64,000 nt of DNA from Felis catus (Eukaryota), in the NCBI RefSeq assembly GCF_018350175.1, contig NC_058368.1:95792001-95856000 (forward strand). The letters are read 5' to 3'. Below the pieces are notes generated by a model. The model had not been told where the DNA came from and did no database searches. It was given only the letters and a program-made list of their open reading frames with translations. The translations under genes were made by a program, and so were the position numbers. Position 1 is the first letter of the stretch. The number at the start of each line of letters is the position of its first letter. Of this stretch, positions 1-12,360 are shown piece by piece.

Positions 1-319
1 GAGATGGAAAGGTTGTAATACCAGACTGGAAATGGTCTTCATAGTCAAAGGGATCACATATCACCTCTTCCAAAACTGAGGTCTCACGTTTGTTTCAACA
101 GGCATCCAGTTTCTAACTGGTCTATAAATAATAACACTGCTCGGTGACAGGTTATTTCATCCAGTTGATGACTACGGACCAGCTTGTGGCAATTTTATCT
201 TTCTAGGGCATAGCAGGAAATTACCCCTCAAGAGGCTCTAGACCTCAAATGGATGCTTTGTAGATATTTGATTTATTATTTAATGGGCAAGGTAGACTGC
301 TGAAGTTGCTTTAGGATTT

Positions 320-521
320 AAAAAAAATTTTATTAAGTTTACTTACTTATTTTGAGACAGAGAGAGCACAAGCAGAGGAGGGGCAGAGAGAGGGAGAGAC
401 AGAATTTCAAACAGGCTCTGCGCTGATGGTGCAGAGGCAGGGCTCGACCTCAAGAACCGTGAGGTCATGACCTGGGCCGAGCTCAAGAGTTGGACGCTTA
501 ACTGCACCACCCAGGTGCCCC
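320..521 (-). mobile_element. Can-SINE (SINEC, feliform type)
   Basis: Reverse complement has the GGGGCACCTGGGTGG head, (CT)n tract and A tail; TSD gaagttgc(t/c)ttaggattt at 302 and 522. Confidence 0.93.
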
Positions 522-1799
522 GAAGTTGCCTTAGGATTTTGAAAGACTTGAACACTGTTGCATTTTGTGGCATAGCATTTGAGGCCCTCTCCTGCCCTGT
601 CATTTGTGTGTTGTGGTAACAGCTGTCTGGGAAGAGACCCACTGGGGTCTCCCCTGAATCACCTCAGAACGTGTGTGGCTTGGCCCTCTTGTGTAGGCAA
701 TTGCTTTTGTCAACCAACTCACTTTTCATGGAAGAATGGCCATTCTGGCCCTGCCTTGGCGAGCTGCTAAAGCATGTGGCTGGTCACTTAACCATCGCCC
801 TGCAATTCAGATACACTTTGGAGGAGATGACCTTGACCGCACGGCCCCACGATAGCCATGAAAAAATTTGGTTGAGAGACACAATATTCTCAGTGATGTA
901 AGATCTGTCATTGGATTCAACCAGATGACCACATCTTTATCAACATCCTGTACTCTTGCTTTTGTGGTATTGCCCCTTAGGCTTGTCATCAGCTTATATT
1001 GAAGGATGTCATCAGAAACCAAACTATGGAGCTCTGTGGCTTATTTCCTAGAAGGATGAAGTTGCTGGTTCAGCACATGACAGAGTAGCTTTCTTGTAGG
1101 AGTCTGGAAGAGGTATTTCTCTGTGCTTCTTCAGAGCGATTGGTATATCTTTATCTTATGAACACACTAAATTACATAACTAGTCATATTTCCTCTTCCT
1201 GCTGACAGATAGAAAGGGAGTAACAAATTTGAGCTCTCCCTTTACTATGTGCATAGGATTTTATGGCATAAATGTTGTTAACTTATCTCCTGGCACCTTC
1301 ACATTTATTACCCTTACTTTTTCATTGCCTCAACTTTCTTGCAGACTGAGAACATATTTCATTTTTCTATCCTACGTGTTTCTTCACGAGTCGCCCTGTG
1401 TTTCTGAAGCGAGGCAAGACACATAGTTGGGTGTTGTGCGTGCTTGTGTGTTTAAACATGAGTATTCGCTAAAGACTAAATCGAGAGGCTTCAGCCCAGA
1501 CCGCCAAAGAATCCAGAGAAGGTGAGTGAGATGATAAAGTGGGGTGAGATAGGAAATAGTGTAAAGAGAACTGGCAGAACTTTGGCACAAGAATAGACTT
1601 CGCTACGTCCTTGACGTGGAGGCTGAGCTGAATATGAGAATCCTGTGATTGGCTTGGACTACCCCATACCGGAAGGTAGAAAAAGACTTGGAGGAAATGG
1701 AAGTAGTTCTAGAAAACATGCCAAAGCTGCGTAGCCCTGCATGTATCGAATTATTTTGCACTGGGAAATGGAGACGGGGCATATAGTTACCACGTCTGA

Positions 1800-2017
1800 T
1801 TTTTTTTTTTAATATTTATTTTTGAGACAGAGAGACAGAGAGAGACAGAGAGTAAGTGGGGAGGGGCAGAGGAAAGAGGGAGACACAGAATCCAAAGCAG
1901 GCTCCAAGCTCTGAGCTGTCAGCACAGAGCCCGATGCCAGGCTCGAACTCATGAACCAGGAGATCGTGACCTGAGCTGAAGTCAGGTGCTTAACTGGTTG
2001 AGCCTCCCGGTTGCTCT
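1800..2017 (-). mobile_element. SINEC_Fc-type SINE
   Basis: T tail, GA tract, ggagacacagaatccaaagcaggctcc...gctgtcagcacagagccc body. Confidence 0.93.
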
Positions 2018-3344
2018 GCTGCATCTGACTTCGATAATATCAGCTGTACTGTTTTCATTACAAATGTTATATCTGCAACTCAGAGTACCAGACTCAAACT
2101 TAGATAAATTAAGCAATCAACAGAGGTAAGGTTTGTCCACTGCAGCATGGACTCCTTTAGTTGTGGTTCCTGCTGTTTCTATGATGTTTGATAATACCAG
2201 GTTTGACCAGTTAAACCTTAACTATCACAGGTCATGTTCATAAGGAAACCATTTCATATTGCTGGGTCAGTAACCACTGAGTATCAGAGCTAGAGAATAT
2301 CTTCTAGAACATTCAGACTAATGTATTTATTAATACTTGCTGCAACTAGGGCTCAGGTAAGCTTTGTTACTTGCTTAAGGTCACAACAAGTTAGTGGAAC
2401 CAGAAGGACAGACGTCACTTGATTCTGACTTACCAGCAGGAACTTAGAATGTTCGACTTTTTAAAGTCCCCCTCCCCCACACACATCGAAGGCTTTTCTG
2501 CCATTTTCTTTACAGACTGAGTCCTATATCCTCTAGATGCTAAAACCAGAGAAAAAGCTACTGGGATTATTGGTTCCTTAAAATTCCACTCATAATCTGT
2601 GTTGCTTCCATTGCCTGAAGGTGAGGTGGGCTGCAGGTAAGATTGGAACAGAGGGTAGTAGGGGCAGTTTAATGACAGAGCTATGACATTATGGCCTTAG
2701 TGATTTGAGGTAGCTAATGGAGCTACAGGGAGATGTGTGCTTGTTTGTAAAATACACACTGAAGTAATTATCTTGATAGTCTAGGTACAGGATCTTTATT
2801 TTATCTTTTATTTTTTTGCCTAAAATTAAGATGAATTCATCTAATGCGGTTTTAAAGATTTTATTTTCTAGATAATTATCTTATTTAAAAAAATTAGTTT
2901 TGCTAGTGGAGACAAAGCAATAGTTATTAAATTTCTGCAGTGACAAATTAAGATGCTTTGTGCTTACAAAGCAAGCTATGACTGAGAGCTTAGAATTGAG
3001 GGAAGTTATTTCTTGTAAGCAATCTGGTGAGCTCAGTTGAGAACAATATTGTTCCTTCTCCACAGAAATCTGTTGGTTCCATTGTGACTCGTTTTATTTG
3101 TTGGAATGTCTAATCATCTAGGTAATTGCCTCAACTCTACCGAATTTTTTCCAATAAGCGGACCCTATTTACATGAAGCTGGGAAGATAAACCTAAGTTT
3201 TCTTCCTGGTTTTTGACTTGCAGTGTCTCTAAGCCTAGATGAAGCACCAGTAAAGGATAATGCGACTGTCCTTGTTCCTACATTCTGCTGATTACAGTGA
3301 TCTCTCAGGTTTTTCTAAAGAATTTCCAACATGTCTTTTGTCTC

Positions 3345-3505
3345 TTAACTTGATGAGGTAAGCGGGACAGGTTCAGTGATATCATTTTATAGGCAAGAAT
3401 ATTGAGGCCCAGAGAAGTGATTTCACATGTCTGAGCTCTGAGCGTGACTCATGAGCGGCATATGGACCAGAACCCCAGTCCCCTGATCCCTGGCCCAGCA
3501 CTTTA
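3345..3505 (-). mobile_element. MIR fragment
   Basis: cattttataggcaagaatattgaggcccagagaagtga resembles the MIR core (minus strand). Confidence 0.6.
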
Positions 3506-4605
3506 CCAACCCCATTGTGACGGCCATGGTCCGTGCCCATGTGACCTCTTTGCTGAATTGATTACAAAAGCATGACCACATACATTGCTGTTTCGAGTCC
3601 ACTTTTCTCAACTTCATCTCCCAGTCACTTGCTCATTTCATTAGAGGAAGCTTCCTAAGAAGTTAACATTAAAGATAATTGGCCAGGGGCTTTACTGTCG
3701 ATGCTTCAGTGGGAGCCCTTTGGGTGTCCACACTTGCACAAGTCCAGCCTGGAAGTGTGGGGGGGAGTTAGTGTCACGTGCAGAGGACTTTGGGCCAGTG
3801 GGATTTGGAAGCCAGTATGAAAATGTTCCCACTTTGCCTGCCTTTCTCCATCCATTGACCGTTGATCTTGAAATGAAGTTGGGCCTTTGGGGAAGTCTTC
3901 CCAAAGATGGAGCACTAGGTTTTATTTTGCAGCACCTGTGAGAAAATGTATATTCCTCTTGGAAGGAGGAACAAGGCAGAAGCCCTTGCCAGCTTCAGTC
4001 CTCTTAATCCTTAACTCCTGTCTCCTAGGGAATATGCCCACTTAAAAGAATATCACTTAGGCTCTTAGTCTGATGCTCTAACTTCTGGGGAAGCCAGGTT
4101 CATTTCCATCTCATCCTTAGGCTTCCAGAATTCTCCTCTACATTCCTGCTTGGATGACTCCTGCGCTCCTCCCTGTTGATCTAAATACAACTCTTTCTTC
4201 AACATAGGGTTAACCTGTTACTTGTTCCAGGATCGTTTTTCTGGAATGCCCTGTATGATCTTTGTTCTCTCAGAAACCTCCATGTCTCCATTTAACGGAG
4301 AGCACAGTAGGCTTCTCTCTTATGAGAAAGACTTGGGGATGACTGTGTAAGCTGACCTTCCTTGCTAATGCATACACACCTTAAAGTCCCTGGGTTATTT
4401 GTCTTGTGTCCCCCAGCACCTGGCATGAAGTGTCCGATGATTATTTTCCAATGGCACATGATGCAAGGGAAGAGTTAATTGCTTATTCTGTGCAAGTTAA
4501 TCACTCATCGGACTGACACAAGATAACTTTGGATGCAGCACCTGTGAGAGATTATGACGGTGCACTTCTCCTGTAGTATGGTTATTCTGTGTTGATGTGA
4601 AAGTG

Positions 4606-4823
4606 TTTTTTTTTAATTCTTTATTTATTTATTTTTGAGAGCTAGTGAGAGAGAGAGCACAAGCAGGGGAAGGGTGGACAGAAAGGGAGACATAGAATAA
4701 TAAGCAGGCTCCAGGCTCCAAGCTGCCAGCACAGAGCCTGACATGGGCTCGAACTCACAAACCGTTCGATCATGGCCTGAGCTGAAGTCAGGCGCTCAAC
4801 CGACTGAGCTACCCAGGCACCCC
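4606..4823 (-). mobile_element. SINEC_Fc-type SINE
   Basis: Full body ending acccaggcacccc; degenerate TSD gatgtgaaagtg / gatgtgagaatg. Confidence 0.93.
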
Positions 4824-5384
4824 GATGTGAGAATGGTTGAAACTCATGAAGAACACCCTCCGGGATGTTATCTTTTCTTTATATCCACAATTTTTAGCTC
4901 ACCCCAAGCATTTGGAAGTCAAAGACCAAAAGGATATTGCAGGGTTCTAAGTATTTTTATTCTGCACAGTGTATTAAATATAATTCATCTAAGCTTTAGT
5001 TTTTATCAAAATATTAGGCTCAAAGATACTGGCACAGCCTAAAAAAGACCCCAGGGCCTTTGTGCATAAGGAGGTAATGCATGGTAGATATTATACAGAC
5101 ACGATATACTCAATGTAAACAAAGCAAATTTTGCTATACTGTATTGGGGTGAGATAATTGGGAAGGATTTTTTTTTTTTTGAAAACAGTGATAAATACAC
5201 AAAGGGCTGAGAAACTCAATAGTATGTGTGTGTATATGTGGCTTTTTAGCTGAGACAAAAATGATTATCAAGACTATGAAAATTTAAAAATCCTACACCA
5301 GTTTGCTTGTTATTATATAGGTAAAGCCAATATCAAAGGATTCATGCTAGTGGAAATATGGCTTAATATTAGAAATTAATGACA

Positions 5385-5598
5385 GGGCACCTGGTTGGCT
5401 CAGTTGGTTAAGCACCTGACTTCGGCTCCGGTCATGATCTAGTGGTTTGTGAGTTCAAGCCCTGACTCCGGCTCTTGTGCTGACAGCTCAGAGCCTGGAG
5501 CCTGCTTCGGATTCTGCGTCTCCTCTCTCTCTACCTCTCCCCCTCATGCGCTCTCTCTCTCTCTCTCTCTCCCTCAAAAATAAATAAACATTAAAAAA
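5385..5598 (+). mobile_element. SINEC_Fc-type SINE
   Basis: gggcacctggttggctcagttggttaag head, (CT)n, aataaataaacattaaaa tail. Confidence 0.93.
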
Positions 5599-6488
5599 AT
5601 AATGAGTGAAGTTTCCCTATTATTTCAATCACTTCTCCATATTAAATTAAGAACTTACCAAGGCAAATTACTTATTTCTGCTGGTTGAATTTTCATTTAT
5701 AACACTTGCTTCTGCAGCATACTAGGTGAGGAGAGGCGGGCACTGGGGTGGAGGGGGTCCCTTTTCCCTTGGCTCCATGCTTCCTTCTGGAAGGGGCACA
5801 GGAAGAGTACTGCAGCTGGCCTTTTGAGCCATTGACTCCGCTCTCTGAAGACATGGTCTGATTGGAACTTGGATGGAGAGGGGGAGGTTGATCATAATCT
5901 CTTCAGAGTCTCTTCTTCTTTGGGGGAGCCCACTGACATCGGAATGCCCACCTTATTCTCTGAGCCTCCGTGTTGGAGGTTCTAAACGTCAATGCCCTGC
6001 TCCTGCTGTGGGGCCCGGAGTCCGTCTAACTAGCCAGGGACCGGAATGGATGAGTCTATGTACTTCAAGGGTGAATCCTACTTGTTTAGCTAAGCCACAG
6101 AGGCCAGTGTCAGTTTAATAATGTAGAGAGGTGATTGGGACATTTACATCTGTCTGACTCTCATGACTCTGAATTGGTTCTGAACACAGGCAGGTGAGAC
6201 AACATGTAGTTATTGACAGACTGTGCGTGAAACCCGTACAGAGTTGTCTTTCGTTTCTCAGGGGTAACACGAAAGGTACCTCAGTGCTCGAGGAACTGAA
6301 CATATCTTTTGGCCTAAATGGGACTGACTGCAAATCCTACAGTTGAGTCCCGAGTGGAATGCCCTCAAGAAAAAATTGTAATTAGTAAATAATTGTGCGT
6401 GTACATAAGCCAATTTGGTAATTCTAAAATCAGTTCCTTTTCTGTGTGGGCGCTGATGCAGGTTAAAAATGCTAATGCTCCAGCATCC

Positions 6489-6708
6489 GGGGCACTCTGG
6501 GTGGCTCAGTCAGTTAAGCGTCTGACTTTTGCTCAGGTCATGATCTTGGGGTTCGTGAGTTCAAGCCCCACATCGGGCTCTGTGCTGACAGCTTGGTGCC
6601 TGGAGCCTGCTTCGGATTCTGTTGTCTCCTTCTCTCTCTGACCCTTCCCCTCTCGTGCTCTGTCTCTCTGTCTCTCTCAAAGTAAATAAACATTAAAATT
6701 TTTTTAAG
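6489..6708 (+). mobile_element. SINEC_Fc-type SINE
   Basis: tRNA-like head, gctgacagc..ggagcctgcttcggattctg body, CT tract; flanked by taatgctcc repeats. Confidence 0.93.
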
Positions 6709-6773
6709 TAATAATGCTCCTATGAAGACAAACAAACGTGTGTCTTTTGCGATGAGACAGATTCAGCATAGTT

Positions 6774-6825
6774 AAAAGGACAAGATAGGTTGTATTGGAA
6801 AAAGGACAAGATAGGTTGTATTGGA
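6774..6825. repeat. 26-bp perfect tandem duplication
   Basis: aaaaggacaagataggttgtattgga x2. Confidence 0.95.
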
Positions 6826-9800
6826 AAAGTATCCACTGCAATTTAGATAAGTCTGCAAACTTTATTTTATAGGGTGATTAAAATTCATGTTCTAAGCTAA
6901 ACATACAGCATTGCCCTCCAGCTAACAGATCTGGAGATGAACGGTATCATTTATAAATGGTCCCATTTTCTTGGAAGGCTCAAATGTCCTCATCCAGTCC
7001 AGCTCTCCCCAACATCAATTTGAAACAAAAGGATGACTCCGCTTAAAACAGCATCTTACAAACATTAGAAATCATTTCTGGAATGGTACGTTTTTGTCTT
7101 ACCTGGTGATGCGTTTTCTTGTGGGGCTTGAGGAGGAAGTGTTGGTAATTTAGACATTTGTAGTTTCAGAAAACGTTCTTTCTCAGTCCGAGGATTTGAT
7201 AAACCCTTTCCTTCAGTCTGGGAAAAAGCTTTAAAAATACATTCTAGAGCTATCATGTACACTCTCATCAAAAAGGTGGCAACGATATAATGCATGCTAG
7301 GTGCTTTGGTGGAGCAGGCCCTGGAGATTTGATAAAGAGAGTCTTGAGTTTTACTGTTTTGCTGTTTGGTCAGAAACCAGTGGTGGAGAAATTACTTTGC
7401 TCACTTTCTGCCCCCTCTCAGCCACACGGAAATATGCTCGTGATTACAGACTCTTGAAGAGCCATCATGCATGTCAATAATCTGGCAGGGTTAACTGGTA
7501 CTAAAAGTTTTGAGTGTTTGACACCTCCACCCCCCCCCCCCAACCGTGAGTAGTTTGTGCTTGTTTGGTAATTTGCATAAATATTACTGATCTAAGTCAT
7601 TCGATGTATTTCAAAAATTTCTTGGTGTGGCTTTTATATTTGGAGGTGTTCATTTTCCTTTCCTTTCCTTTCCTTCCTCAAACCCAATGCTTCACCAAAT
7701 GCTCCAGGTGAAAACCACTTTCTCATCTATACTAAATGGAGTAAGGCGACTGTCCGATGAACCACAGTTTCTACCCTGTCAACCATAGAACCTTTTTGTT
7801 TGTTTGTTTTAATAAGGAAAGAATCAACAATTGACATTTGTCTCCAACTTGCTAGAGAAGGAAGGGAAGCTAGCGTCTCACCATGCCGTTGATGTGGTTT
7901 TGCGAAAGATCTTGTTTCCTGAGCAGTCCTGATCTATGGGACTTTTTGATCAGTGGCCTAGAAACTGTTCTCGGTCCCTGGTTTTGAGAACAAATTGCCT
8001 GTGGGCTACACCCACAGCTTTGGAGGGGAGGGAAGAAAATTAACCGAGCTTAGGAGTTGGGGATATGAAAAGGTACAGCTATGGGCAAGGCTTTGGTGGA
8101 GCTCAGCTCTCCCTCTGATAGAAGACTTGGAGTTGTGCAGAAAGCTTCCTCCACAGCCCTCCTTCCAGAAGGTTTTTATGCAGCTGTGGTAGCCGTGACC
8201 CTGTCCTTTCAGCCATGGGGGTGGGCAATGTGAAATTATTTGCGTTCTCAGTCCGAAATGTCTCCAGTGAGTATGCTGGACTTCTCCAATGAGGGTCAGC
8301 ACAAAGGCAGTAGGAGGATGTCACCTCTGGAAAAACAAAAACAAAAACACAAGATTTGAGGAGAGCACAGTGTCCGAGGGGGATAATTCAACCGAATTGG
8401 GAATGCGGAGGGTCTCAGGGTTGGAACATAGGTGCAGCCTGCCAAAAGGGGAGACAGCAGTAGGGGGAGGGGGAGGGGCCAAGAGCTTCAGCGGGGAGCA
8501 CTCATCATTCATGCTTTCATCGCTATTAAAATGCATTCCCTGGTCTCCGATTGCGTAAAAATGAGGCTCCTCAAAATGCACTGAAAATCGAATGGAATGA
8601 ATAGAAGAAATACCAGTTTTCTGCTTGTAGCTCTACTTGGGTACAGGATTTATTATTTTTAAAGGGAGTACATAAAATCCTCCCAGAAAGTCTTCTGCAT
8701 TTCAAGTAGCCTCTTTCTTAAGGAATGTCTTTTGAAGTGGAATTTAACTACAATGGAAACACAACATGAAAACACAGGATAAGTGAGAGTGGTTATTTCT
8801 CTGCATCACTTCGTGTGTTCCTATAGCAACCCCTCCAATTTTACCTGCCCCTTATTGACCAGGTATATTTTTAGTGACTGCTTACAGCAGAATAGAAAAT
8901 GAAGAAGGGGGGAAAATGGGGGAGGGGATGGGAATTCAAACCACCCTTTGTTCCTTTTCTGTAACAAGTTAGCTGCCTATGAATGCACCCAGGCCTTAAA
9001 ATCAGTGTCATGCATTTTTCCCCCCTCCCCTGTTTATATTAGTGTAACTGAGGTCTGAAGTCCAGGAAGTCTGTAGAAATAGGCCCATATTCTCACCCAA
9101 AATATTTGGAGTTTTAGAGAAATGGAAGCCTATGACTGTACTTTGGCCAGATGCAGCCTGTATTTACCCAGCCTAGGCTTGCAACGATTTGGCTGTCAAG
9201 AGAAATGTAAATATTGATGAAGGATATTTCTCAGGAATGGATATTCAGTGAGTCCTCTTTATCTGTCAAAACTGACTCAATCAGTGCACACTTTCTGGAC
9301 AGATCGAATGTTGATAGAGTCATAAATTGACGTTTATCTGACAACTTTTGTATTCCCACCAAATGGCTTTCTGTATTAGCCATAGGCCTTTCAATGCACT
9401 GTAGTGCTTCTGTGGAGAAATTAAACATCATTTTTCAAATAGAGATAAGAATGAAATAGAATGTACAGCTCGTGGTCCTTTCAAGGATTATTTGGACATG
9501 AAATGCAAGTACCGGCTTAAATTAAATCCGAGTGTAGAATTTAATTCTTGCCTGCTAAGACACAAAAACAATCCTCTTGTTAAAATGACCCATTATTAAA
9601 TTGTGATATAATGTGATACGTATGCACAAAGAGACGTCTGTGTTTTCTAAAATATTATCAGGCGATGAGATTGCTTTCTTCTCTGTGCATTTCTTTTCCC
9701 CTCAAAACCAAACAGACTTATCAAAAGAAACAGGAAAATGCTTGGCTTTCCAAAAAATAAAGCACGGCCATTTTAGAATTAAAGTTGTGTAATAAATGCA

Positions 9801-10131
9801 TACCCAGGCACACTCCCAGATTCACATGTACACTGTAAGTTAAATAATTCTCAAGAACAGGAGGAAACTAGGTTTTACTGATGTCTATCATGTGCCTGCA
9901 AAATGCCCATAAAACTATCTATTATGAAATTAGCCATATTATGTTAAACTTATGAACGTAGAAAGAGTTGTTACTGCCTCCAACATCAGGCTTATTAAGC
10001 AATTTCAGTATACATTCGTAATAGACAGGAGAGTTAAAATTCTGATTTGTGTCACCGAATTTTTAAAAGAATTTAAATATCCTTTGGCAAAGTTGACTTG
10101 GGAAGCTGAAGATACAAAGGGCCAAAAGCTA

Positions 10132-10362
10132 GGAGCACCTGGGCGGCTCAGTCGGTTGGGCGTCTGACTTTGGCTCAGGTCATGATCTCACGGTTCATGG
10201 GTTTGAGCCTTGTGTCAGGCTCTGTGCTGACAGCTCAGAGCTTGGAGCCTGCTTCAGATTCTGTGTCTCCCTCCAGCTCTGCCCCTCCCCTGCTCCCACT
10301 CTCTCCCTCTCTCCCTCTCTCTCAAAAACAAATAAACATTACACAAACAACAACAAACAACA
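10132..10362 (+). mobile_element. SINEC_Fc-type SINE
   Basis: ggagcacctgggcggctcagtcggttg head; CT tract; degenerate A/C tail. Confidence 0.93.
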
Positions 10363-11439
10363 AAGAGCTAACAGCAGCGGAGAAGAAGGAAGACTTAAGA
10401 CTATGCAGAAAAGAACCTATTTGTCTTTCTGTTTTCCAGAAAAATCCAGAGAGCCTGAGGGAGCACAGTCCATAAAAACAGCTACTGCCATGAGAGACTG
10501 CAGTCAAGGTAATGGAAATATACCATGATCTCTCTCACATTTGCTCAATCTCTGCCTTGGTTGTTAAGAGGATGCTGCTTAACAGAAATAAGGACGGATC
10601 TCAGGGGTATCTGGCCTGCTGGCAAAGATCAAGGAGGTGTCCCCAAAACTTTCCCTCACCTTTCTCTTCTCCCAAATATTTATCTCTTGTCAACATCCAC
10701 CATCTTCCTGGGGAATTAATGCATATCGTGGGTCTCATCATGGGCTCATCCACGTTTGTTGTGGTTCTTCTCAAAATGTAATCCTAAAAAACCTGTAGTG
10801 TTAGTTGGCATTGATGGCATACATCTGAAAGCAAGTTCACTAAAGGAATTAGTGGAAACCTCAATGTCCTGGGTAATGTTTCTGTATCTCCTATGTGCCT
10901 TACCCTCATACTTCCCGCATCGTATTTCAATCTTGTATCTGCTTATTAACGTATCTGTCAAATCCTGCAGTGGACTTGGAAATTACTCGATGCTCAGAAA
11001 TGTCTTGTTTCTCACTTTTGTGTTTGTTGGTTTGCTTCTCAGGACTGAAGATGTTAGGGGCTACAAAAAAGGGCAAGATCCCTTGATCTGGGATAATTTG
11101 ATTCCCCCAAACAGAAGAGAGGAATGTGGTGGGAATCTGTAACCTTCTTGGTTTGTTGAGCATCTTTCAATTGTTTTAGAGCTTTCCATTCCTTATACGA
11201 TGGGGCTGACCATCACATAGCTTCATTTTTTTTGTACTAATGTGTTTGACAATTACACTAGGCAGCTCAGAGTATTCCAGGCCTCTAGAATCATGAATGG
11301 AATCCAGCGTGGCAAAGTGATTCAAAAACAGGCCAGTCAGAATTCTTTGAGGGATTGTTGTGGACGTTGTTGAAATTTAAGGTTATTCTTCAAGGGATCA
11401 GTATCAATGAAGGTCATAAAGGATTATCATTGCTGCCAC

Positions 11440-11508
11440 ACTGCAGAGAAATACAGCGGGGAATGAAATCTAGCAGGAGAGAGGAGAGCCAAGGTGGGGG
11501 GGGGGTGG

Positions 11509-11568
<60 letters not shown>

Positions 11569-11731
11569 CCTAATTATATCATTGAATTCCTGGATCATTC
11601 CATACCTGAGGACAAATACTCTATAGACATTCAAAGCTTATGAGTCAATAGGTTACTTTTGTTCATTTTTGTTTAAGTGTATTTGTGTAGAGTCTGTCAC
11701 TTAAAAATCTAAAAACGTCTTGACTCTTACA
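11440..11731 (+). mobile_element. MaLR (MLT1-like) LTR 3' part, containing a (TA)n
   Basis: tgaattcctggatcattccatacctgag...tgagtcaatag...gtctgtcactt...cttgactcttaca resembles the MLT1 LTR 3' end. Confidence 0.55.
11509..11566. repeat. (TA)n microsatellite
   Basis: Near-perfect TA run. Confidence 0.97.
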
Positions 11732-12331
11732 TGGGATACCATGAGGTCTTCCAAAAATCCAAGCATAGAAGACAGAACACAGTTGGGTAACACAGAACAG
11801 ATGGATGCAAGCCTACCTTCTCCTTTCCTTGCAGAGCTGGTGGCCTTTTGTCTCTGCTTCTCACTAAAAATTTGCTTCACTTGTTACGTTTTGCAAAGCA
11901 GCTCTGTATGGATACTTGTGACCTCTCTGCTTCTGCATAAGGGTAGATTGTACCTTGTGTGTGACATAGAGTGTGGACCAGCATCCCTACCATTTCTCAG
12001 AGCGCTGTCTCAATGTCTCAGCTTTTCATCTGACTTTCAGTTCAGTTAGTCCCTGTTCATTTCTTTTGTAACTTCCCAGGTATCTACCATCATTTTTTTA
12101 AGTCACTCTTCCCCTGTTCTAGTTCAAAATCCATAGGAGACAGAATTCTGCTCAGATGCCCCAAGTCATGCCTCTTCCTACCTTCTCTCTCCGCTTAGCC
12201 ATTACTTGTGTGGGATCACATGGTATGCTGTCTTTTCTAGGTTCACCTGTATAGTAAGGGCTGTGACATGAGGCCATCTAAGGAAGGCAGCATGGCAGAA
12301 AGGCAAGGATTAGCATCTAAGATATGGATAG

Positions 12332-12360
12332 TGATGATGATGATGATGATGATAATGATG
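12332..12360. repeat. (GAT)n microsatellite
   Basis: tgatgatgatgatgatgatgataatgatg. Confidence 0.9.

Noticed and set aside
10756..11142. 128-aa hydrophobic ORF
   Set aside because: Non-ATG start, no recognisable domain and no supporting exon structure; a length expected by chance in 64 kb.
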